A DNA stretch of 64,000 nt from the NCBI GenBank assembly GCA_963760795.1, contig CAVXEP010000013.1, forward strand, positions 192,001 through 256,000, read 5' to 3'. Numbering within the stretch: the first letter of the stretch is position 1; each line of letters begins with the position of its first letter. This stretch comes from an uncultured delta proteobacterium (lineage in GTDB: Bacteria; Desulfobacterota; Binatia; UBA9968). Positions 31,963 to 41,212 of this stretch are shown piece by piece. Below the pieces are notes generated by a model, which worked only from the letters and a program-made list of their open reading frames with translations, ran no database searches and was not told where the DNA came from. The position numbers and the translations under genes are program-made.

Positions 31963-32988
31963 ATGGGAACAGTCTCAATCTTGGCCGCAATGCTGTTATT
32001 TAATGCCGTGCTTGGCTGTGCCAATCACGCCGTCGCTCAAAGCGACTTTTACGGCGGCAAAACCATTCGCTTCGTCGTCGGCTTTACCGCCGGCGGCGGC
32101 TACGACGCTTATACCCGCGCCATCGCCCGCCATATGGGCAAACATATTCCCGGCAACCCGACCATGGTCGTCGACAACATGCCGGGCGCCGGCAGCATGA
32201 TCTCGGCGAACTATACGTTCAAAGTCGCCAAGCCCGACGGTCTCACCATCGGCCACTTTATCGGCGGATTGTTCCTGCAACAGCTGCTCGGCAAACCGGG
32301 CATCGAATTCGATTCGGCGAAATTCGAGTACGTGGGCGTGCCGGCGCAGGACAATTTCATTTTCGGCGTGCATAAATCCACCGGCATCACCGACGTGAAC
32401 AGCTGGCTCGCCAGCAAGCAAGTGGTAAAATTCGGCGGTGTCGCCAACGGCTCCGGCAGTGACGATATCCCGAATATTCTCAAAGCGACATTGGGTCTGC
32501 CGATTCAATTGGTCTCCGGCTATAAAGGCACCGCCGATGTTCGCTTGGCGTTTAACAGCGGCGAGGTGCAGGGTATCAGCAACTCCTGGGAGTCGACGAA
32601 ATCCACCTGGCGCAAGGAAATCGACAGCGGCGACATGAGAGTAATTCTCCAGGCTACGCTCAAACCCCACCCAGACTTTGCCAAACTTCCAGTCGCATAC
32701 GAAATGGCCAAGGGCGACGAAGCCAAACGGCTGATCGCCACGGTACTGCGCGTCCACGGCCCGACGGTGCGCCCCTATACGCTGCCGCCGCGCACACCCA
32801 AGGAGCGCGTGCAGATCCTCCGCAAAGCGCTCATGGACACGATGAAAGATCCTGACTTTCTTGCCGAAGCCAAGAAGGCCAACCTCGACATCAATCCCGA
32901 AGACGGCGCGACGCTGGAGAGCAACGTCAAAGAAATCTTGAAACTCGAACCGGCGCTGATCGCCAAGCTGAAGGAGATTTTGAAATAA
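31963..32988 (+). CDS. Bug/TctC substrate-binding protein (paralog 2)
   Basis: GKTIRFVVGFTAGGGYD, NMPGAG, KPDGLTIG. Confidence 0.9.
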   Translation: MGTVSILAAMLLFNAVLGCANHAVAQSDFYGGKTIRFVVGFTAGGGYDAYTRAIARHMGKHIPGNPTMVVDNMPGAGSMISANYTFKVAKPDGLTIGHFIGGLFLQQLLGKPGIEFDSAKFEYVGVPAQDNFIFGVHKSTGITDVNSWLASKQVVKFGGVANGSGSDDIPNILKATLGLPIQLVSGYKGTADVRLAFNSGEVQGISNSWESTKSTWRKEIDSGDMRVILQATLKPHPDFAKLPVAYEMAKGDEAKRLIATVLRVHGPTVRPYTLPPRTPKERVQILRKALMDTMKDPDFLAEAKKANLDINPEDGATLESNVKEILKLEPALIAKLKEILK

Positions 32989-32990
32989 TC

Positions 32991-33187
32991 CTAGCAGGCT
33001 GGTGAAAAAGACCCATAAGCCGATTGTCCTGAGCATCGTCGAAGGGTGCGCTCAATCGCCTCGCGTCATCGTACTGCCGATGTACGCCTCCAGCCTGTCC
33101 TGAGCCGAGTCGAAGGATCGATTTTTCGCGCGCCTTGCCTCTGGATCTTTTTGAGCAGCCTGCGAGAGATTTTTTTCAGCTACCTGC
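32991..33187. mobile_element. MITE-like non-autonomous element
   Basis: Imperfect terminal inverted repeats gcaggctggtgaaaaa / tttttcagctacctgc (13/16), an internal second right end tttttgagcagcctgc (14/16), CTAG at the left junction, two internal gtcctgagc..gtcgaagg motifs; no transposase. Confidence 0.5.
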
Positions 33188-33271
33188 AAGGGGGAAATTC
33201 GCTTGCCGGCACGAAACAACGTGGGTAAGACTAGAGCGGCATACCCTACCGAACCGTAATCAGGAGGGCGC

Positions 33272-34297
33272 ATGAAACGACCAATCGTCGCTGGATTTGT
33301 CGCCGTGGCGGTTTTCCTAACCTATCACGCCGCACAAGTTGCCGCGCAAAGCAACTTTTTCGAGGGCAAGTCGATTCGCATCATTGTCGGTCTCGCCGCC
33401 GGTGGCGGCTATGATGTCTATGCCCGCGTGATCGCCCGCCACATCGGCAAACATATTCCCGGCCAGCCGTCGATCAGCGTGGACAATATGACCGGCGCGG
33501 GGAGCTTGCTGGCTGCCAATCACCTCTACAACGTCGCCAAGCCGGACGGACTGACGATGGGCCACTTCATCGGCGGCTTGTTCCTGCACCAGTTGCTCGG
33601 CAAACCGGGCATCGCGTTCAACGCACCCAATTTCGAATTTGTCGGCACGCCGATGCAGGATAACTTTGTTCTTGGCATCGCAAAAACCACCGGCATCACC
33701 GATGTCGAAAAGTGGATAAGTTCCAAGCAAGTAGTGAAATTCGGCGGCATCGCCAGCGGCACCGGCAGCGACGACGTGCCGAATATTCTTAAGGCGACGA
33801 TCGGATTGCCGCTGCAACTGGTCACCGGCTACAAAGGCACTTCGGAAATCCGCCTGGCGTTTAACAGCGGCGAAGTTTCCGGAGTCAGTATCTCCTGGGA
33901 GTCGGCCAAATCGACTTGGCGCAAGGAAGTGGAGAGCGGCGAGATGATCATTGCGCTTCAGGGCAACACCAAGTCGCACCCGGAGCTGACCAAAGTGCCG
34001 GTGTCGATCAACCTGGCGAAAACCGACGAAGCGAAGAAACTCATGCAGATCGTGCTGCAAGCCCATGGGCCGACTGTGCGGCCCTTCGTTGTGCCGCCGC
34101 GCACGCCCAAAGACCGCGTCGCGATGCTGCGCAAAGCCTTCATGGACACGATGAAAGATCCCGAGTTTTTGGCCGAGACTAAAAAGGCGAATCTGGATAT
34201 CAATCCCACCGACGGCGCGACCCTCGAACAAAACGTTTTAGAGATCATGAAGCTCGAACCAGCGCTGGTCGGCAAGTTGAAAGATATTTTGAAGTAG
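33272..34297 (+). CDS. Bug/TctC substrate-binding protein (paralog 3)
   Basis: GKSIRIIVGLAAGGGYD; close paralog of 31963..32988; AGGAGG RBS. Confidence 0.9.
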   Translation: MKRPIVAGFVAVAVFLTYHAAQVAAQSNFFEGKSIRIIVGLAAGGGYDVYARVIARHIGKHIPGQPSISVDNMTGAGSLLAANHLYNVAKPDGLTMGHFIGGLFLHQLLGKPGIAFNAPNFEFVGTPMQDNFVLGIAKTTGITDVEKWISSKQVVKFGGIASGTGSDDVPNILKATIGLPLQLVTGYKGTSEIRLAFNSGEVSGVSISWESAKSTWRKEVESGEMIIALQGNTKSHPELTKVPVSINLAKTDEAKKLMQIVLQAHGPTVRPFVVPPRTPKDRVAMLRKAFMDTMKDPEFLAETKKANLDINPTDGATLEQNVLEIMKLEPALVGKLKDILK

Positions 34298-34320
34298 CGA
34301 CGAGCGGAGGCAGGAGGGCA

Positions 34321-34404
34321 GGCGCCGAGCTCGAACAAAACATCAAAGAAATTTTCAAGCTTGAGCCGTCACAGATCGCCAAGCTCAAAGAAATCCTCAA
34401 GTGA
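34321..34404 (+). pseudogene. C-terminal remnant of a fourth Bug/TctC paralog
   Basis: Encodes GAELEQNIKEIFKLEPSQIAKLKEILK*, collinear with the ends of paralogs 2 and 3; no start codon. Confidence 0.8.
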
Positions 34405-34612
34405 CAGTCCCGCGTTCGCCGTCGTTGCGCCACTCCATCTTCCGCCCGTGCAATAATTCCGCTGTCAAAGTCGCCCCGATTCATCGCCCGCTCGATTTCT
34501 TATACCAAGGTCGATAGGCTGAACCTCGCCGCTATTTTTTCAGGCGCGGCATGTAGAGGAAGGAATTCGCGCCCAGAGATTCCGAGGATTTTACGATCTT
34601 GGCAACACACCC

Positions 34613-35875
34613 ATGACCACCGACTCCGCGCCTGAACCCGCCGGCAAACTCGCCGCCCTCGGCTACCGCGACTTCCGCCTGTTCTGGTCGGGCCAGTTGA
34701 TCTCCAATATCGGCACCTGGATGCAGATGACGGCGACCAGCTGGCTGCTCTACCAGCTCACCGGCTCGGCGGTGCTGCTCGGCTTAAATGGCATCTTTCG
34801 CGCGATCCCGGCGCTGACTCTCGGATTGATCAGCGGCACCTTCGCCGACCGCTACGATCGGCGCTGGATGCTCCTGTGGACTCAGGTAATTCTCGGTTCG
34901 CTTTCCCTCGCTGTCGGCTTCTTGGATGATTTCGGTCACATCCAGCCCTGGCATATTTATACCTTCACTTTCTTGAGCGCGGCGGTGGGCGCCTTCGACG
35001 GACCGGCGCGCCAGGCGATGTTTCCCGCTCTGGTACCGCGCTCGGCCTTGCCTAATGCCGTGGCGCTCAACTCGCTCCTGTGGAAAGGTTCCGCCCTGAT
35101 CGGTCCTTCTCTCGGCGGTGTCGCCATCAGTCTGATGGGCACCGCCGGCGCGTTCTACGCCAACGCCATGAGCTTTCTAGTCGTCGTCGTCACGCTCATG
35201 ATGCTACGCGTCACGGCGAAAGCGGCAGCCAAGCGCCAGCGCCATTTCATGACCGAGACTCAGGAAGGATTTAGATACATTATCGCCCGGCCGATCATCC
35301 TCGGCATCACGGTCATGGAAGCGGTGGCGTCGGTGTTCGGCTTGGACCACACCATGCTGACGATCTACGCCAGCGACGTGCTGCGCGTCGGCGCCCATGG
35401 CTTCGGTCTGTTGCAATCGGCGCGCGGCCTCGGCGCGGTGGTCGGCTCCGGGCTGTTTCTCGCCATCGGCCAAAAACCTTATCAGGGTAAAATCCTCATC
35501 GTCACGGCGATCCTGTACGGCATATTCTTTGGGCTGTTCGGCATGGCGCCGACCTTCGCAATCGCTCTGGGACTGATGACTTTGATCGGCCTCACCGACA
35601 CCGTCTGGGGCGCGGCGCGCGGCACGATCATGCAGATGATCACGCCGGATCAATTTCGCGGCCGGGTGATGGGCGTTTTTCAATTGAGCAACCGCGGCCT
35701 GCACCCATTGGGTCAAGTCGAATCAGGCCTGTTGATTCCCCTCATCGGCGTGCGCGAGACCACCCTGTTCGGCGGTATTTTAGTCACCGTGGTGACGCTC
35801 TTAACCGTCTGGAAAGTGCCGGCGATAGCGAAGTTCCGGTGGGATGATGCAAAATACAAATCCCCAGCAGAATAA
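34613..35875 (+). CDS. MFS transporter (MFS_3 / EntS-like)
   Basis: FRLFWSGQLISNIGTWMQ, GTFADRYDRR, FDGPARQA, FRGRVMG; about 12 TM. Confidence 0.9.
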   Translation: MTTDSAPEPAGKLAALGYRDFRLFWSGQLISNIGTWMQMTATSWLLYQLTGSAVLLGLNGIFRAIPALTLGLISGTFADRYDRRWMLLWTQVILGSLSLAVGFLDDFGHIQPWHIYTFTFLSAAVGAFDGPARQAMFPALVPRSALPNAVALNSLLWKGSALIGPSLGGVAISLMGTAGAFYANAMSFLVVVVTLMMLRVTAKAAAKRQRHFMTETQEGFRYIIARPIILGITVMEAVASVFGLDHTMLTIYASDVLRVGAHGFGLLQSARGLGAVVGSGLFLAIGQKPYQGKILIVTAILYGIFFGLFGMAPTFAIALGLMTLIGLTDTVWGAARGTIMQMITPDQFRGRVMGVFQLSNRGLHPLGQVESGLLIPLIGVRETTLFGGILVTVVTLLTVWKVPAIAKFRWDDAKYKSPAE

Positions 35876-35887
35876 TATAAACGGCCG

Positions 35888-35972
35888 GTTCCAATCGTTC
35901 CAATGGTTCCAGTAGTTCCAGGTGCTGCCGCACAGTTGGAACCCGTGGAACCACTGGAACCTTTGGAACGGC
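35888..35972. repeat. Inverted arrays of 9-mer repeats (GTTCCANNN)4 ... (TGGAACNNN)4
   Basis: Four units at 35888-35923 and four complementary units at 35937-35972 between convergent genes; can fold into a long hairpin. Confidence 0.85.
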
Positions 35973-35988
35973 GCCGCCAGGCGCATAT

Positions 35989-37209
35989 TTACGCCAGCGG
36001 CTTGAAGCGATCGGCGTAGCGCCGCCGCATGCCGAGCGGCATCCCCGCCCGCCCGGTGAGAAATTTCTCAGGGCTCTCGGTGGCCAGATCGATACGGATA
36101 TTTTTCGCCGGATCGCGGAACGTGTTGAGCGGATCCTTGCCGGCGGCGACCAGCTTGAGCTGATTTTCCAAGAGATGGCGATAGAGCACGACACCGTGAT
36201 CGGATTCGCCGAGGAGTTCTTTAGTTCGATCGTAAACCGCACCTTGGGAAATAAAGATCGCGTTGTCCTGCGGGTCGACATCGTTGTTCAAGTATTGAAA
36301 CTGCGGCTGGCCATGCCGGTCGAGTTCCGGCGACGGCATATGATAGAGCGGCATCTGCTCGCCGGTTTGCCGCTCGCCCTCGCCAAAAGGATGGGTCGAG
36401 TAGTACCACTGCGCGGTGTGGGTCTCGTCCACCGGCACGCGGAAGCGCAGCATATCCGGCCCCTTTTGAATGGTCGGGAACACCAGCCAGTGGCCGATTT
36501 TCCAATCGTCCGATTCTTCGCTCTCGCCTTCCAAAATGCGCCGCTTGATGATGCCGTACTCGGCGAGATCGAAACCGATTTTTTGATGGCGCACCCGTCG
36601 GCGTTTGAATTCCTCATTGCCGGTGCGCTCCGCCGCGTAATTGCGAAACACGCCGTGCAGCCACTCGACATGCACCGGGTCCGCGATATTTTCGACGGTC
36701 TGCAGCCAGTTGCAGGCGGTCATCGTGTAACCGATTTCCCGCCAGTAGTTCTCTTCCACCAGTAAGTCCCAGCGCGGCACCAGCGGCGCCGGCTGCGGGC
36801 CAAGATAGGCGAAGATCAAACCGCCGACTTCCTCGGCGACATAGTTGGCCAGCTGAATCTTGTCTTTGAAACCGCCGGGCTTGATGGTCTCTTCAAACGG
36901 CTGTTCCAGACAGCGGCCGGCGGCGTTGAATTTCCAACCATGGTACGGACAGCGCAAACCATCTTCTTCAGCCATGCCGTAGACAAGGTTGGTGCGCCGG
37001 TGCGGGCAGTAGGCATCGATCAGTCCGAGTTTTCCTTGGCTGTCTTTGAACAGAACGAGTTCTTCGCCGAGAATTTTTACAAACTTGGTCGGATGGCGCG
37101 CCAACTCCGACACCGCCGCGATCGGGTACCAATAGCGCCGCAGCAATTCTCCCACCGGCGTGCCCGCTTTGATCTGTGTCAGCCGCTCGTTGTCTTCCTT
37201 ACTAATCAT
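35989..37209 (-). CDS. Rieske non-heme iron oxygenase, LigX/phthalate 4,5-dioxygenase-like family
   Basis: GTPVGELLRRYW, Rieske CPHRR...CPYHGW, mononuclear Fe site ENIADPVHVEWLH. Confidence 0.9.
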   Translation of the reverse strand: MISKEDNERLTQIKAGTPVGELLRRYWYPIAAVSELARHPTKFVKILGEELVLFKDSQGKLGLIDAYCPHRRTNLVYGMAEEDGLRCPYHGWKFNAAGRCLEQPFEETIKPGGFKDKIQLANYVAEEVGGLIFAYLGPQPAPLVPRWDLLVEENYWREIGYTMTACNWLQTVENIADPVHVEWLHGVFRNYAAERTGNEEFKRRRVRHQKIGFDLAEYGIIKRRILEGESEESDDWKIGHWLVFPTIQKGPDMLRFRVPVDETHTAQWYYSTHPFGEGERQTGEQMPLYHMPSPELDRHGQPQFQYLNNDVDPQDNAIFISQGAVYDRTKELLGESDHGVVLYRHLLENQLKLVAAGKDPLNTFRDPAKNIRIDLATESPEKFLTGRAGMPLGMRRRYADRFKPLA

Positions 37210-37284
37210 CGCCCTCTCCCGTCTCTGTCTCGGTCGTTTCTATACCATCCTCAATCCTCGATTATCCATCCTCGACCGATCCGA

Positions 37285-38388
37285 CTACGGCTTGCGACCG
37301 CTCTTCGCCAACGCCTGATCGACAACCTTCTGCATCGGTTCGGCGTCCATCCATTCAGCCTTCCAGGTCACCATGTACTTGGCGCCCTCTTTGCGCCGCG
37401 CCATCGGCCGCACTTCGTTCTTGGCAATATCCAAGCGCAAAGAATCGTTGATGCCGCCGTCGCGCTGCACCGCCAGCTGTCCCTCGCGGGAGAGCAGCCA
37501 GTTGATAAAAACCTTGGACGCGTTGGGATGAGGCGCGCGGTCGGCCCAGGCAACGGTGAAGGCGCCGGGCTCGAGCATGCCGCCTTCTTTCCACGCGCCG
37601 GTGTCGGCGACGTTGATCGGCAACCCTTGGCCCTTGGCCTGCAAAATATCGTCGCCATTGCCGAACAGCAGGATCGAGAAACGTTTTTGCGCCACCCAAT
37701 TGATCGCCTGCGAGTAATCGCGCGAAACCATCACGATCTGTTCGCTAAACAAGCGGCGCAAGAATTCGCCGCCCAGCTGCGGATGGTAAAACACCGTGCG
37801 CGCGCCGCTGCGGCCGTAACCGGCGTAGCGCGGGTCTATGACGACGATCTTGGCGCGCCACTTTTCTTGGAGTAAATCCCAGAACGAGCCCAACTCCTGG
37901 GGTGTCACCAGCTCGCTGTTATAGGCCGCCATGTTGACCGACACGCTGCCCACCGGCACGAGAATATACTTACCCTCGGTGTCGACATACTGATGCTTGC
38001 CCGACCACCACTTCGACTCGTCTTTGACTTCCGGCAAAATAAACGCCGGCGCGATCGGCTGTAAAGCCTTGGCCTGATAGAGCGCGTAGGGGGAAGTATT
38101 GCCGATACGCACCACGTCGGCGATGAACCTGCCGCCGCGCCGTTCGGCCATGATGCGCGTCAGCAGTTCGTTGCCCCTCCCCTGGCTGACTCTGACTTTG
38201 ATGCGCGGAAATCTCTTTTCGAACTCGCTCAAAAAACCAATTTCGCCGACACTGTAGTAGTTAATCTCGCCTTCTTGCTCCGCCGCTTTGACGGTCCGCT
38301 CCCATTCGGCTGTCCAGGATTCGGCGGCATGAACGCGATGGTGAAAACCAATTAAAAAAACTATGAGTGCGTAACAAAGAGTCTGCAC
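37285..38388 (-). CDS. Extracellular solute-binding protein (Fe3+/polyamine/thiamine ABC type)
   Basis: WERTVKAAEQEG, RIMAERR, APHPNASKVFINWLLSREGQ; likely GTG start at 38388 because the upstream extension runs through repeats. Confidence 0.85.
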   Translation of the reverse strand: MQTLCYALIVFLIGFHHRVHAAESWTAEWERTVKAAEQEGEINYYSVGEIGFLSEFEKRFPRIKVRVSQGRGNELLTRIMAERRGGRFIADVVRIGNTSPYALYQAKALQPIAPAFILPEVKDESKWWSGKHQYVDTEGKYILVPVGSVSVNMAAYNSELVTPQELGSFWDLLQEKWRAKIVVIDPRYAGYGRSGARTVFYHPQLGGEFLRRLFSEQIVMVSRDYSQAINWVAQKRFSILLFGNGDDILQAKGQGLPINVADTGAWKEGGMLEPGAFTVAWADRAPHPNASKVFINWLLSREGQLAVQRDGGINDSLRLDIAKNEVRPMARRKEGAKYMVTWKAEWMDAEPMQKVVDQALAKSGRKP

Positions 38389-38431
38389 GAGTTTGTCGAT
38401 GGACCTTTCGATACCTGGAAGTTTCTTCGTT

Positions 38432-38573
38432 ACCCCTCTTTGGAAAAGAGGGGCCAGGGGAGATTTTCCGCTTCCATGCGGCGCCACCGTCCCAAAGGAT
38501 TGCCGATCTGCTGCAAAGCACCATCCCCACGCCACAATCAAATCCCCCTTAATCCCCCTTTTCCAAAGGGAGA
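38432..38573. repeat. Inverted pair of CCCCT-TTGGAAAAG-GGGG palindromic repeats
   Basis: cccctctttggaaaagaggggccaggggagatttt and an inverted copy aaatcccccttaatcccccttttccaaagggaga. Confidence 0.65.
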
Positions 38574-38748
38574 ATTGGTCATCGCCAGCTATTTACTTCA
38601 TCAGCTCCCGTGTCCAGCCAACAAGAGGTGTCGCATGATTAGTTTTCCAAAAGGGAAGCGACCATTCCTCGCCATTTGCTTCTTGGCTCGGGATTGCCGT
38701 TTTCACGGAAATGACGGTGTGAGACGCTAACGCCTTCATGCTGCTCAC

Positions 38749-39936
38749 TTACTTCTTGATGATCTCTTTGAACAGTTTGTTGACCGGCTCTTGATTGCTC
38801 CGCTCCGCCGTATCCATGACGATGTATTTAACCCCGGCGACGCGGCGCTGGGGGGCCGGCACGGCATCTTTTGGAATATCGATGCGCAGCGACTCCACCA
38901 GTAGATTATCCGAGTTCATGATCTTCTGAAACGATACTTGGCCTTCCCGCGACAACAGCCAATTGATGAACAGCTTGGCGGCGTTGGCATGGGGCGCCTG
39001 ATTCATCAGCGCGACGGAACCGTTGCTGCCCGAGGAGATCGCCGGGGTTTCCTTCCAACGAAACACGTCGAACTCCTCCACCGGCAAACCTTGACTACGC
39101 GCCGCTTCGATATTGCCGCAGAACAGGCAGAGGGCGAACTTGCCCACCGCCAGCCAATCCATCGCCTGGCGCTCATCGCGGCTCAGCGTCACGTCCATCT
39201 CGCTGAACAAACGGGTGAGAAACCTTTCGCCGAGTTCTGGAATATTGAACAGCAGCCGGCCGCCGACGCGCTGGCGGCCCGGCTGGCGCGGGTCGAGAGC
39301 GACGATCTTGCCGCGCCACTTGGTCTGAATCATGTCCCAGTAGGATTTGAATTCTTTGGGATCGACTTGTGGCTTGTGGTAAAAAACGTTGGGCAGGTCG
39401 GTGCTGCCGACGAAGACAAAAATATGGCCGCCTTCGCCATCCATGTACTGATGCTTGCCGTCCCACCATTTGCTGGCATCGACCACTTCGGGCAGCAGCA
39501 GCGCCGGCTTGATCGGCTCTAAAGCTTTGGCCGGATAAAGAACGCCCAATGGCGTCGTCGGTCCGCAGATGCAAATATCCCAAAGAAATTTTCCGGCGCG
39601 CCGCTCGGCCATCAGCCTCGGTCCGGTCTCGGCGGCCGGTGTGCTGGCGGTGATGACCTGGATCTCGGGATATTTTTTCTCGAAGGCTTTGACCGCCGCC
39701 TCGATATTCTCCCGCTGGTAAAGAAAGACGCTGACTTTGCCGTCTTTTTTTGCCGCCTCAACCGTCCGTGACCACTCAGCCTCTGCGCCGGAAATCGACG
39801 CGGCGAACAACGGCGCAGCACCAGCCATGGCCAAGAACCATAAAGCTGCTGCGACAGACGCACAGCGAACTTTCTTTGTATTTAATGAAGCCAAGAACAC
39901 GACGACTTGCCGCAAGAAGCTGATAACCGATGGCAT
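38749..39936 (-). CDS. Extracellular solute-binding protein (paralog)
   Basis: WSRTVEAAKKDG, RLMAERRAGK, APHANAAKLFINWLLSREGQ; start uncertain. Confidence 0.85.
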   Translation of the reverse strand: MPSVISFLRQVVVFLASLNTKKVRCASVAAALWFLAMAGAAPLFAASISGAEAEWSRTVEAAKKDGKVSVFLYQRENIEAAVKAFEKKYPEIQVITASTPAAETGPRLMAERRAGKFLWDICICGPTTPLGVLYPAKALEPIKPALLLPEVVDASKWWDGKHQYMDGEGGHIFVFVGSTDLPNVFYHKPQVDPKEFKSYWDMIQTKWRGKIVALDPRQPGRQRVGGRLLFNIPELGERFLTRLFSEMDVTLSRDERQAMDWLAVGKFALCLFCGNIEAARSQGLPVEEFDVFRWKETPAISSGSNGSVALMNQAPHANAAKLFINWLLSREGQVSFQKIMNSDNLLVESLRIDIPKDAVPAPQRRVAGVKYIVMDTAERSNQEPVNKLFKEIIKK

Positions 39937-39987
39937 CGAACCGGATCTGGTTGAACTTTTGAACCCTTGAACTTTGAACTCCGCGAT

Positions 39988-41110
39988 CTACGAGTCGCTC
40001 GGCCACAGCGTCATGCCCTCGGGCTTGAGTTCGAGATAAACCCGGTCGCCCGACTTGAGATCGTACGACTCCGGCGAAACCAAGACCCGGGTATCCGCGC
40101 CCAGAGTGACGGTGTACTCGTAACGGTCGCCGAGGAACTGCACGGTTTGCAGCGTCGCCTCGACCATGTTGACGCGGCCATCCTGCCGGCTGCCGGTCAA
40201 ATTGACCTTCTCCGGACGGATCGCCACGGTCACGCCTTGGCCGATGGCCAACGATCCGTTCACCGAGCCAATCACTTTAGTGCGCGGTAAATTCAGCAAC
40301 GCCGAGCTGAAGCCCTGGACTTCGACACTGACCGATTGGTCCGTGGATGCGCTGATCTTGCCGGGTAGCAGGAACGTCTTGCCGAGGAAGTCGCGGACGA
40401 ACGGCGTCGCCGGGCGGAAATAGACTTCTTCCGGCGTGCCGACCTGTTCGAGCACGCCGAATTTCATGATCGCGATACGATCGGACAGGCTCAGCGCTTC
40501 GATCTGATCATGGGTGACGAAGATCACGGTGATATTTACGCGCTGTTGCAACGACTTTAACTCGCGGCGCATCTCTTCGCGCAGCTGGGCGTCGAGATTG
40601 CTCAGCGGCTCGTCGAGGAGCAACACTTTCGGGCGAGAAGACCAAGGCCCGCGCCAAGGCGACGCGCTGCTGTTGGCCGCCGCTGAGCGCCGGCGCCGGC
40701 CGTTCGCCCAAACCGGCGAGCCCAACCAATGCCAGCACGTCCTCGACTTTTTTACTTGCCTGGGCGCCTTTGATGCCGCGCAATTTCAGCGGATAGGCGA
40801 CGTTTTCGAAAACCGTCATATGCGGCCACAGGGCATAGGACTGAAACACCATGCCCATGTTGCGCTTTTCCGGTTTGATGAAAAGATTTTTATCCGGCGC
40901 CACCAGACACTGGTCGCCGAGATGAATCTCGCCGCCATCCGGTTTTTCCAGACCGCCGACCATGCGCAAGGTCGTCGTCTTGCCGCAACCGGAGGAGCCC
41001 AGCATAGTGAAAAACTCGCCCTCGGCGATGTCTAAATTAATCCGATTGACGGCGGCGACCTGGCCGAATGTCTTATAGAGATTTTGAATGCGTAAGAAAC
41101 TCACTGGCAC
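39988..41110 (-). CDS. ABC transporter ATP-binding protein (PotA/FbpC-like), one apparent frameshift near 40632
   Basis: GSSGCGKTT and LSGGQQQR in ORF 40508..41110; KVLLLDEPLSNLD and a TOBE tail in ORF 39988..40725; one extra base in a short C run separates the frames. Confidence 0.85.
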
Positions 41111-41212
41111 TTTTCCTTAATCGTCCGCAACCGGCCATGACTCAAATTGTCGAGAATTGCCATCCTCGATCCCCAACGGCTTTCGCGACATTTACTAATT
41201 TAGGACTCGTTG

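Noticed and set aside
34321-34404. Orphan gene tail as a DGR template repeat
   Set aside because: Mismatches to the upstream gene are not adenine-specific and many are synonymous, as expected for a paralog remnant
19028-37875. Long antisense ORFs (e.g. 19028..20209, 24526..25530, 31996..33036, 33317..34231, 36940..37875)
   Set aside because: They lie opposite well-supported genes, have no recognisable motifs, and are expected shadows of high-GC codon bias
38389-38541. N-terminal extension of the SBP ORF 37285..38541
   Set aside because: It is read through a palindromic repeat (SPLAPLFQRG); a signal peptide begins at the downstream GTG
40620-40645. Programmed frameshift in the ABC ATPase
   Set aside because: A single extra base in a short homopolymer just before the conserved Walker B region, with no clear stimulatory structure; sequencing error is more likely
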